DNA of 48,178 nt from a virus (taxonomy: Duplodnaviria > Heunggongvirae > Uroviricota > Caudoviricetes), in IMG/VR virus record IMGVR_UViG_3300031853_000008, positions 64,001 to 112,178 of that record, one strand, 5' to 3'. The notes beneath the pieces were generated by a model, which saw nothing but the letters and a program-made list of their open reading frames with translations, ran no database searches and was not told the DNA's origin. The position numbers were made by a program, and so were the translations under genes. Each line of letters begins with the position of its first letter. Within the stretch, counting starts at the first letter, position 1. Of the stretch, positions 38,501-47,681 are shown piece after piece.

Positions 38501-40019
38501 GGACTACGCTCACAGCTAGGGTCGTGATGCTTCAGCAAACGGCAACTACTCTCACGCCTAGGGGTATCACACATAGGCGAATGGGGAAGCTTCTAATGCT
38601 TCTGGATATAATGTGCGGGCATCATCTAAATTCCAGCATGCTTTTGGTTGTGCAAATATCGAAAATGATGACCACGTGTTTGTTGAATTGGTCGGCAACG
38701 GAAGCCCTATCCACCCAAATGTTCGCGAGATATCTAATTTACAGGTGACCACCCATGATTATCAATATTTAATCGTGAATTCTGATGACACTGTGATTCA
38801 AGATTTCCCTAAGAATTATACGGATGACATAGCGCGAAGCAAAGGCGATTGGGTAGAAAATCTCCCAGATGCTCAATCTGGAAAATGCGCAATAGAACGT
38901 GTTGAATGTATTTTACAGAATGGAAGTTCTGTTTATTACCCAGACACAAGAAAATATTTTCAGGAATCAAACGGATCCTGGGCTGTGCTCACGTCAACTG
39001 AAGACGTAGAAGGGAGTGGCTCTTCTCCTATATATGATTCTGGGTTAATGGATCCCATCAAAGTTAAATCTCACTATCAATAGTATTTATTAACAGATTA
39101 TTCTGTTGCTGCGCATGTTTATGCTCTTCCAGCTGATTACGAATAGGATAATCCCAACTGGGTTTCTTAGCAACCACCAGTTCAATAGGGGAAAATATTA
39201 GTTGAAAGAGAAACATATATCTATGATAATGGAACTTCTTCTCATATTGTCCATAATGATGAGTTTTGGGATGTAAATTCAGAAACGAACGAATGGACAT
39301 TAATGTTGGTTGCTGAAGAAAGTGATAGATCTTATAGTTCAGGGCTTGAGGACAATAATACTTCAACGGTAGAAACTCCTACTATCGGCAAAATATAGGC
39401 GGAGAATCTATCTGGGGCTGACCCAGAAGATCCTACTGGCTCGAAAACGATTGCTTATTCTAACGCAAGAACTCTTGACTGGAACGGTAATGAATGGCTT
39501 GCGGGAAAATTGACTGTAGGAAAGCCCCCAACCAATGATATGGATGTCACTACAAAAAGATATGTTGATACCGCGGAGGCACAGGCGCAGACGGCTATCA
39601 ATGCGTTAAACCAGAGTCTGAAAAACCAGATCGATGCGGCGAATGAAAAGATTGAAACAAATGCTTCTGCAATTGAAACAAATGCTTCTGCAATCTCAGA
39701 TAGCCAGACAGCGATTAATACGTTAAAAAAAGGTTTAACAGATACAAATACTAAGGTGGACGCATATTCCGGCGGACAGTATATGCGGTTTTTTCAGCTG
39801 CCTGCAAAGAGTTCTGTCACCATTGGATATAGATACAATAGTTTTGCCGTTGCAATCATTACAACTACAAGGGACCATTCAGCGGTTGTAGCCTTAACAA
39901 ATAGCCACGCCATTGTACTAGCAGGTAGTTTGCAAGGCATCTCCTTTTCGGCAGGCACCAACAGTTGTAAGATCACCAGTTCTCTTAACTGGGTATGCCC
40001 GATATATGTGATCGGCTAA
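35556..40019 (+). CDS. Long tail fibre / receptor-binding protein (1,487 aa)
   Basis: AAGGAG RBS and ATG 35556. TAGs join six track ORFs in one frame. Contains YLW..Y.DG repeats, a coiled coil, SHA(E/X)G repeats, SNARTLDWNGNEWLAG and a variable tip after 39739; ends TAA. Confidence 0.85.
39576..39646 (+). repeat. 71-bp perfect direct repeat, copy 1 (copy 2 at 41141-41211)
   Basis: GAGGCACAGG...GCGGCGAATGA is identical at both loci and in frame in both fibre genes (EAQAQTAINALNQSLKNQIDAANE). Confidence 0.95.
39651..39692 (+). repeat. Exact 21-nt tandem duplication (one heptad, IETNASA)
   Basis: ATTGAAACAAATGCTTCTGCA occurs twice in tandem. Confidence 0.9.
39722..39739 (+). other. Putative invertase crossover site 1
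   Basis: GTTAAAAAAAGGTTTAAC, an imperfect palindrome resembling hix/cix (AAACC-AA-GGTTT), read as LKKGLT in the fibre frame. Confidence 0.65.
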
Positions 40020-40036
40020 TATTCGTACGCTAGTGA

Positions 40037-40351
40037 TCACATGGCATATACATTGGCAGTACCGTTTTTCATTGTCGTAGTATCGACTATGACATTACCT
40101 GAAAATCTTATAAGAGTACGACTAATGCTGATAAATGCCTTTTGTACATGAACAGAACCATCGGGTCCATGCCATAAACTTGCAGATACAGCATATGCTA
40201 CTTCAACGTCAACTAAATTTAGGGTAGGAACTACCAAAGTCATGGGATTTGAATCTCCCCATGCTGCTTTAATGACAATTATCAAAATATTGTATTTGCT
40301 ACTATCTATCGTAATAGTAGTGGTACTGTTTACCTTCCCCAGAAATTTCAT
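40037..40351 (-). CDS. Silent alternative tail-fibre C-terminal cassette (about 104 aa)
   Basis: The minus-strand ORF MKFLGKVNSTTT...ANVYAM converges on the expressed tip and is preceded by YTINEGLT, in the same phase across site 3 as NTLKKGLT across site 1. Confidence 0.7.
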   Translation of the reverse strand: MKFLGKVNSTTTITIDSSKYNILIIVIKAAWGDSNPMTLVVPTLNLVDVEVAYAVSASLWHGPDGSVHVQKAFISISRTLIRFSGNVIVDTTTMKNGTANVYAM

Positions 40352-40352
40352 C

Positions 40353-40370
40353 GTTAAACCTTCGTTTATC
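40353..40370 (-). other. Putative invertase crossover site 3 (inverted relative to site 1)
   Basis: Minus strand reads GATAAACGAAGGTTTAAC, with the same right arm and AA core as site 1. Confidence 0.65.
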
Positions 40371-40397
40371 GTATAGATAGAAAGAAGAGGAATAGAA

Positions 40398-40718
40398 ATG
40401 TACTCAAAAATCCTGCAAGGCACAACGCCCAGTCTAATCATCCATGTCGAAGATGTAAGCCTGTCTCTGACATCGGAGATAGAACTGACCATCCGGCAGG
40501 GCGAGACGATCAAGATATACCATCTTGCTGATGTTATCCTGGATGCGTCAGCCGGAACGATAACAAAGTATTTTTCGGAAGCTGAGACGCTTGCCCTCGA
40601 TCCTGCCAAGATGATGCAGTGGCAGTTGAGGGTAAAGTTTACAGACGGCAATATCACCGGAACGCCGATACAGTTACTGAGAGTGAGCGACCTGATTTCA
40701 GAGGAGGTGATGTCGTGA
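40398..40718 (+). CDS. Small baseplate upper-protein-like (BppU N-terminal type) protein (106 aa)
   Basis: GAGG RBS, QGTTPSL...QLRVKF.DG motif, TAG-free. Confidence 0.6.
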   Translation: MYSKILQGTTPSLIIHVEDVSLSLTSEIELTIRQGETIKIYHLADVILDASAGTITKYFSEAETLALDPAKMMQWQLRVKFTDGNITGTPIQLLRVSDLISEEVMS

Positions 40719-41638
40719 AACTGGTTGATAATGTCATCAAGGCAGATGCGACACTGGGTGTTAAGGTCGAGCCGTATGATGACACGGAACTGAGGGAGCG
40801 TGTCGAGGCTCTGGAGCAGAAACCAGACAAGGACACTGTCTACGATGACACCGCCTTATCTGCCAGAGTGACCGCACTGGAAAACCGTGAGGACAAAGAC
40901 ACTGTCTATGATGATACTGCCCTGTCCGAGAGAGTCACTGCACTGGAAAACAAGCCAAACACAGCCTATGATGATACGGCGATCCAGTCTCAGCTTGATG
41001 CTGTCATCAAAACGGAAGACAGCAGTGCGCCATGCACGTACTCTGCCGGAGACTTTTTCGTGTACGACGGCAAGTTGTACAAGGCTTCCGCAGACTTTTC
41101 CGCCGTCACGCTGACCGCTGACAATATCAGCACTTACGCAGAGGCACAGGCGCAGACGGCTATCAATGCGTTAAACCAGAGTCTGAAAAACCAGATCGAT
41201 GCGGCGAATGAGAAAATCGACACGAACACGAATAATATTGCAACGAATACGAGTGCAATCAATACGCTAAACAACGGTTTAACAGTAAAAGATATTACGT
41301 CTCAATTAGGGGCACCCAGTGGGATGAAAGTAGTTGAAATTGGTAATATATTGTATATCAACATAGCTGGAACCAAGGTTGAAGACGTTAGACAGTGGCA
41401 TATCCCCAAAGAGTATTGCTCATCTCTTGGTAACGTAAGATTTTCTGGAATTGCAACCCAAAGTACAAACGATACAGGCAACGCAATAGGGCTGCCAGCG
41501 TTGCTTGCGTATCCCGGAAAAGATAGTGCTTCTGGAAATACTAGTTTAATGTGGGTTACGGTAATTAATACAAGTTGGAGATGGCAAGTGATTTCGTCCA
41601 GATACTACATTTTTGCTAGTGCTGTTATACCTCTATAA
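40715..41638 (+). CDS. Second fibre/adhesin-like protein with YDDT repeats (307 aa)
   Basis: GTG 40715 follows GAGGAGGTG and overlaps the previous TGA. Contains YDDT..L..RV.ALE repeats, the 71-bp repeat, and site 2 (41266-41283) before a distinct tip. Confidence 0.7.
   Translation: MKLVDNVIKADATLGVKVEPYDDTELRERVEALEQKPDKDTVYDDTALSARVTALENREDKDTVYDDTALSERVTALENKPNTAYDDTAIQSQLDAVIKTEDSSAPCTYSAGDFFVYDGKLYKASADFSAVTLTADNISTYAEAQAQTAINALNQSLKNQIDAANEKIDTNTNNIATNTSAINTLNNGLTVKDITSQLGAPSGMKVVEIGNILYINIAGTKVEDVRQWHIPKEYCSSLGNVRFSGIATQSTNDTGNAIGLPALLAYPGKDSASGNTSLMWVTVINTSWRWQVISSRYYIFASAVIPL
41141..41211 (+). repeat. 71-bp perfect direct repeat, copy 2
   Basis: Identical to 39576-39646. Confidence 0.95.
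41266..41283 (+). other. Putative crossover site 2 (direct orientation)
   Basis: GCTAAACAACGGTTTAAC shares the GGTTTAAC arm and reading phase (LNNGLT), but its core is AC rather than AA. Confidence 0.5.
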
Positions 41639-41669
41639 CCTCGAATCCATCAATCACTAGGAGGCACCC

Positions 41670-42299
41670 ATGTACTACAAAGACATTACCCTCACAGGTC
41701 TTCAGGCCACTATCGGCTATGAGGACGAAAATCTCCCTACCCGGGTCATCATCGACATTTCCGACCTGACCAAGTATGGAACCGGCACGACCGTTCTCGA
41801 GGTCAAGCGTCCATGCGACAGGGAGGCCTACATCGCAGAGCAGACAGAGGTGGACGGAAACAACTTCTACTGGTATCCGACCAAAGGCGACCTTGAAGTC
41901 AGCGGTCTGCTCAAGTGTCAGGTCAAGGCAGTCATCGGCGACCAGATCGTCAAGACCAGGGTCTACTTCGTGCAGGTCAGCGGTGCACTGAACGGTGACG
42001 GCACATTGAGCGGAGTCGTGCCGGACGCATTACAGACATTCGTGGAGTCGGCCTCCGGGTCGGAGGATGCGGCTGGTGCAAAGTACTGGGGTGCGACCCC
42101 ATACAATAATGCTCATGCTCAAACATTTGGTACTAATAGTGCGGGAGAACACTCTCACACCATTACAGTAAATTCAGACGGAGCACATACACACACTGTA
42201 ACAACGAATGCCTCTAATACTGGGGCAAGTGGGTCAGGCTCGGCACATAACAATATGCCACCATATATTGTAGCTTATTGTTGGCACAGGACGGCATAA
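41670..42299 (+). CDS. Chimeric baseplate/fibre protein (209 aa)
   Basis: GGAGG RBS. BppU-like N-terminus (EDENLPTRVIIDIS) and C-terminal SAGEHSHT...AHNNMPPYIVAYCWHRTA fibre/baseplate motif; TAG-free. Confidence 0.65.
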   Translation: MYYKDITLTGLQATIGYEDENLPTRVIIDISDLTKYGTGTTVLEVKRPCDREAYIAEQTEVDGNNFYWYPTKGDLEVSGLLKCQVKAVIGDQIVKTRVYFVQVSGALNGDGTLSGVVPDALQTFVESASGSEDAAGAKYWGATPYNNAHAQTFGTNSAGEHSHTITVNSDGAHTHTVTTNASNTGASGSGSAHNNMPPYIVAYCWHRTA

Positions 42300-42316
42300 T
42301 AATAAAGGAGATTTAT

Positions 42317-42787
42317 ATGAAACGAGAAGTAAGTATTGGTGCTCTGGCGAGCATAGACAATTATATTTCAACGCTGAAGGAATAGGCGGGCGACAAACAG
42401 ACCAAGTTCGACTATTTCGGAACTTTTACTGGATACGCTTTGTACCGTAACTTCAAAAAGATTCACAAAGCGGTCGAGGACTTTGAGACGTATCGTGACC
42501 GCAAAGGTGTGGAACTCTGGCAGAAATATTTTCAAGACCCGGAAAGATCGTAGGAATATGAGAAGGACGGCAAGACTTACCGTCGTGTTAGAGATGAATT
42601 CAATGACCAGTATCAATCAGAAGTCAACACAGTAAATAAAGAACTTGAAAAACTTGCGGATGAAATGGTTGAGTTAGACTTCCGTCCTATTGACCTAGAC
42701 AAGGCGGTTTCAAATCTACCAGAAAATGTCGAACTTACACATTATGATTTTGAACTACTGTCACTCTTCCAAGATGGCTAGGAATAA
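42317..42787 (+). CDS. Hypothetical protein, possible fibre assembly factor (156 aa)
   Basis: AAGGAG RBS, ATG 42317, three TAGs, TAA 42785-42787; absent from the standard-code track. Confidence 0.65.
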
Positions 42788-42841
42788 TAACCAGGTCTCC
42801 CTACCAAACGTAGGGCGGCTTCAATAATAAGGAGGTTAATA

Positions 42842-43288
42842 ATGACAGAATTTAAGGGTAAGAAAATTACCTAGCTTAATGAAACCACGGAACTTACAGA
42901 TGAATCCCTCGTGCTCGTTGGTGAGAGCAACGGGGGGACATTGAGCCAAGCAACGGCAAAAACATTAAAGGATTATGCTACAGCAGATCTAGCGACCAAG
43001 GCATCCGTCAAGGCTAACACAGATGCTCTTGGTGGTCACACGATCAAGAGTGACGTTCCGGCAGATGCGAAGTTTACGGATACGGTATACGATGACAGCG
43101 AGATAAAACGCAGAGTAGCGGTTAACGCATCGGACATTGACGATGTCTATAACCATCTGGAGCAGGGCTTTCAGATGGTACAGGCAAAGCAGGATGCGAC
43201 TCCGTCTTCCGCCCTGACCGACCCTGCTATGATCTATGCGAAAGTTAACAATACGGACGTAGCAAATAGCTATCACAAGAGATTTTAA
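42842..43288 (+). CDS. Fibre-related small structural protein (148 aa)
   Basis: AAGGAGG RBS. MTEFKGKKITXLNE joins track ORF 42911..43288. Contains SDVPADAKFTDTVYDD motif. Confidence 0.65.
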
Positions 43289-43599
43289 TGTTAGGAATAA
43301 TAATTATGGGTACGAAAAAGCGAAAACCTAAGTTGTTTAAGAGATTAAATGCTGTAAGATTTCTTAAACTAATGGTGATTTGGATGGTCGCATCCGTCAC
43401 TATTTTCACTATCACAATGATTGTTTGCTACTTTATGATGGGCGGGGTCCCGGACACTCTAATCACCTCTTTCTATGGATGGTTCGGATTCCAGGGTGGA
43501 TTCACCACTCTCATATAGGTTGCAGACAAGATATGGAAGAAAAAGGAGATAAAGAAAGATGAAGAAATAGGATTGGATTAGGAAGCTGGGGAGCCGTAA
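43288..43599 (+). CDS. Membrane protein, holin-like or lysis accessory (about 103 aa)
   Basis: Two hydrophobic segments, TAG at 43516 and 43579, TAA 43597-43599. The start could instead be ATG 43306. Confidence 0.6.
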
Positions 43600-43846
43600 A
43601 TTCTGGGGAATGCTTGCCGCGCTTGTAACTTCTCTCTGCGTTTTCTTTACACTGCCGGAGCAGGAAATCACACAAATCGTTGCGCTTATCGGAGCATTCG
43701 GGGACATCGCAATCTATATGCTCTCCGAAGCAATGGTTGATTCCGCTAACTCCACTCAGACTATCAGTACGACTACTGTAAGTACCAACACGGAAGAAAC
43801 GAAAGCATACAACACTCAGATTCAGAAGAATCTCACAAATAACTAA
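43559..43846 (+). CDS. Holin (95 aa)
   Basis: AAGGAG RBS, MKKXDWIRKLGSRKFW (RKL.SRKFW holin signature), two TM helices. TAG is codon 4. Confidence 0.8.
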
Positions 43847-43861
43847 AATAAGTAATTATCA

Positions 43862-43899
43862 GCGGTGCTTGGGGCAAAATCTAAGCACCGTATTTTTAT
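43862..43899 (+). terminator. Intrinsic terminator after the holin
   Basis: GCGGTGCTTGG / CTAAGCACCGT stem followed by ATTTTT. Confidence 0.75.
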
Positions 43900-43993
43900 A
43901 TTTTGAAGGCATCCACGACATAGAAAAGCTTCATTCTATACGATGTCGGATTGCTTATGATTTTGACATTGCATAGAAATGGAGGTGATTAAA

Positions 43994-44542
43994 GTGGGAG
44001 ATTTTTAGACGTTTCTAAACATGAACCACAGGGAGGGAATCCTATACATGATTCTCTTGCTTGTTGTTTTGATTTTTCTGATAAAAGTTATAGACTATCT
44101 TATGCAGAGATTCGGAATTAAAACTGGTCAGCAAATTCATGAATAGCAACAAGACGCATAGATTAAAAAATTAAATTTATAGTTTGAAAAGATTGAAAAG
44201 AGTTAGTCTGAAGTCAAAGAACAAGAGGAAATAAATCATAATAAAACGTCAGAACAGATAAATCATATCAATGAGGCTGTTGGTTGCTTACAAAATTCGG
44301 TAGACGAAATGCGGGAAGCTGAACGAACTAAGACAAGAGCGTAGATGAAAGACCGCATTGGGCAAGCTTACCGCTATTATCATGCTAAAGGCGAAATTAA
44401 TAGTATGGAGAAAGAAGCTCTTTAGGGTCTGATAAAGTCTTATGAATAGGCTGGCGGTGGCAATAGTTTTGTGCACTCGAAAGTTTTAGTGTAGATGCAG
44501 GAATGGAAATTAGTTGATAACACTGGAGAGAATGATGTGTGA
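43994..44542 (+). CDS. Membrane-anchored coiled-coil lysis-module protein (182 aa)
   Basis: GGAGGTG RBS, GTG start, 9 TAGs, one N-terminal TM helix, RAXMKDRI...YRYYH...EALXGLI..YEXAGG.NSFVH motif, TGA 44540-44542. Confidence 0.7.
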
Positions 44543-44551
44543 GGATTAGAT

Positions 44552-46159
44552 ATGATTAAGATTAACAAAAATTTAATGAACAGAAATCATACGGCGCTTA
44601 AACGATAGAATAAAGACATTCAATGGATTGTGATCCATTATGTCGGGGCACTTGGTGACGCAAAGGCTAACACTGATTACTATAAGAGCAACGATATCCA
44701 AGCATCTGCTGATTTCTGGGTTGGATTTAAGGGCGACATCTGGCAAGGTAACGACTACAGAAATTATTATTCGTGGCACAGTGGCGGAGGGTATCAGTCA
44801 TCTTGGACGAAAGACGGCGGGGGGCAATACTATAGGGTTGCCCTTAACAAAAACTCTGTTGCTATCTAGATGTGTGTAAAAAAGAAAAATACTTCTAATC
44901 TTGTTGCAACCGATACAGATTGGTACTTCGAGGATGCCACCGTTGATGCGGCCGCTCAACTCACCGCATATTTAATGAAAGATCTTGACATTGATATTGA
45001 CCATGTTATTCGTCACTACGATGTCAACAGAAAAATCTGTCCAGCCCCCTATGTCCATAATTATCAAGCGTGGCTCGATTTCAAGAAAAAAGTAGCTTCG
45101 TATGCGGCAGTCACTAACGTCAAAACTTATTATTACAGGGTTCGTTCTTCTTGGCTCAATGCAAAATCTCAGCTTGGTGCGTACACCATCCTTGAAAACG
45201 CAAAAGTAAACTGCCCATATGGATATGCAGTTTACGATGAATCCGGCAAAGAACTTTATCGTAACTCTACTGCCCCATCTAAAATTTCTGAAGCTAAAGG
45301 AATCCCCGCGTCAAAGCAAGATTTCATTAGCAAAGTGGCAAAAATAGCTGTCGCCCTGTACCCAGAAACTAAGATCCTTCCATCTATTGCAATTGGACAA
45401 TGCTGTCTTGAAACTGGGTTTGGGCTTGGCAAGGATTCTACTATTCTCGTTAAGAATAACAACCTTCTTGGCATGAAAGCCGCCCTTATCAACAATACAT
45501 GGAAAGAACATAGCGTGTGGAACGGAGAGACTGTCACAAAGAGAACCCCCGAAGTATATAACGGAAAACTTACCTACATTAACGACACATTCCGAGTCTA
45601 TAAAGACTACTAGAATTGCATCAGAGATTATTAGATGTTCCTATCATGGGCCACGGATGGCAAAAACTACAAGTACAGGGAAATTATTGGCAAGACTGAC
45701 CCGGCATAGGTAATTCATATTATCCGTTCACATGGGTATGCGACAGATCCGTCATATGAAGAAAAAGTCTTGAGAGTCATCAAAGAAAACAATCTCACAC
45801 AATACGATAAGATGGTGAACAAAACGGTCACCGTCCCTGTAAAGCCGTTAAATGCCTCTAAAATCAATTCTAACAAAAACGCGAATAAGTTATCTGGCAA
45901 GCGGCAAAAACAAGAATCCGGGGCTTCTACGAAGTCAGGCACCGTTCTCTACAGGGTGCAGTGTGGTGTATTTGGGGTCGAAGAGAATTGCGACAATATG
46001 ATCAAACAGATGGCGCACCGTGGGTTCAAAGCAGTTAAAAAGAAAGTAGGCAAAATGTTTGTCGCACAGGCTGGAATTTACTCTGTTCGGTAGAATGCAG
46101 CCTATATGGAGCAAAGGCTTGAAAAAGCGGGGCTTCCACATTCGACCGAAATTATATGA
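44552..46159 (+). CDS. Endolysin: Amidase_2 + GH73 glucosaminidase + SPOR-like repeats (535 aa)
   Basis: IVIHYVG, NSVAIXMC, VIRHYD and KICP (Zn amidase); QCCLETG and GYATDPSY (GH73); YRVQCGVF and QAGIYS (SPOR). Six TAGs; ends TGA. Confidence 0.9.
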
Positions 46160-46178
46160 AGAAAGGACATTAAGAAAA

Positions 46179-47318
46179 ATGAACGTATATTTAGATAACG
46201 CTGCAACAACTCGCGTGTATCCAGAAGTTGCCAAGGCTGTTCAATCATGTTTCTAGGAAGAATACGGCAACCCCTCTTCTCTTTACGAACTGGGGCGTGG
46301 AGCAAGAGACAAAATCGATTATGCTAGACAACAGATTGCAAAATTTATCAACTGCTCCCCGGAAGAAATCTATTTTACTTCCTGTGGGACGGAATCAGAT
46401 AACTGGGTGCTGAAGGCTATGGCGGACTGCAACCCCAATGGGCATATCGTGACGACCATGATTGAGCATAAAGCAATCTTGAATACTTGCAAATGGCTTG
46501 AGGAACATGGTTATACTGTAACTTATCTCGAACCAGACGAACGAGGGATTATTACTCCAGATCAAGTAGATGACGCTATTAATGAAAATACTTTTCTTGT
46601 ATCTGTAATGGCGGCAAATAATGAGATTGGGGTGATTGAGCCGATAGAGGAAATCGGGAAAGTATGCTAGGAGCGGAGTGTTCCGTTCCATACTGATGCA
46701 GTTCAAGCTTATGGGCATATCCCGATTGACGTTAAGGCAATGCATCTTAATTATATGTCTGTATCCGGGCATAAGTTTCACGCTCCCAAGGGGACAGGTT
46801 TCCTTTATGCGAAAGGGGGAGTTATCCAAGAACCTTTCATGCATGGGGGCGGCCAGGAGAATGGGCTAAGAGCCGGGACGGAGAATGTGGTTGGGATTTA
46901 CGGCATGGGAGTCGCCACAAAGATTATTTCATGCAATTTTACAGAACAGATCGACAGAATGACTGCTCTACGTGACCGTATGATCAATCGTGTACTGGAT
47001 GAAATTCAAGATTGCGGGTTGAATGGCCCCTTTATCAGCAGAAACCCGAACAATGTTTCCCTGTGGTTTGATGGGATCAATGCAGATACCGCAGTCGCTG
47101 CCCTTGACACTTTTGGAATTCAATGCTCCTCTGGAAGTGCATGTAATACATCAAACTCCGCACCGTCTCATGTTCTTTCCGCTATAGGTCGTGGCGGCGT
47201 AGCGGACTGCACTCTCCGCTTCACTCTTTCAGACTTAACCACGAAAGAATAGATTGACTATGCCGTGGATGTTCTGAATATTGTCATCCCGCAGCTACGC
47301 AAGAGTAAAGTATCTTAA
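46179..47318 (+). CDS. iscS: Cysteine desulfurase (379 aa)
   Basis: YLDNAATT, GNPSS, TESDN, NNEIG, HTDAVQ, SGHK (PLP Lys), GGGQE, RAGTEN and SSGSAC (catalytic Cys). TAG at 46254, 46668 and 47250; ends TAA. Confidence 0.92.
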
Positions 47319-47442
47319 GGAGAAAATATGTCTGGCAACAAGGCATTTGTAATTTTAGGTAGGATTCGACGGAATATAAAACCGCCAAATTTTGAGAAAC
47401 TAATTAATAAAGATATTCTGATTTAGAAGGAGGGGATGCAAG

Positions 47443-47628
47443 ATGCTCAAAATCAGAGGAACGACAATCACGCTGACGAGAGGCGACTCCCTCAGACTCA
47501 AAGTGAATATACAGGATAAGGCGGGAAACCCCTATCAGCCATCATAGGGCGACACAATACTTTTTGCCCTTAAGAAAAATTATTCGGACGAAGATAACAT
47601 TACCAAACATTATGATAAAGTCAAATAA
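47443..47628 (+). pseudogene. Truncated small BppU-like protein (61 aa)
   Basis: GAAGGAGG RBS. MLKIRGTTITLTRGDSL...YQPSXGDTILFALKKNY is the N-half of a family I recall as about 110 aa; it stops abruptly in an AT-rich junction. Confidence 0.6.
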
Positions 47629-47681
47629 AAATAAAATATACTTGACTTTTTAACCCGGCCTGTCGGAAAGGTGGTGGTCAC

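Noticed and set aside
40619-40714. Track start ATG 40619 for the second fibre gene
   Set aside because: It overlaps gene 40398 by 100 nt. GTG 40715 has a strong RBS and stop-start coupling.
39576-41211. Diversity-generating retroelement template/variable repeat pair
   Set aside because: The copies are identical with no adenine-specific mismatches, they are not at gene 3' ends, and no reverse transcriptase is in the window.
43963-43991. TTGACA as a promoter for the lysis genes
   Set aside because: There is no credible -10 at 16-18 nt spacing; that position falls on the RBS.
47328-47519. Small ORF after iscS (about 63 aa with TAG read-through)
   Set aside because: It has a plausible RBS but no recognisable motif and overlaps the better-supported 47443 ORF; left uncalled.
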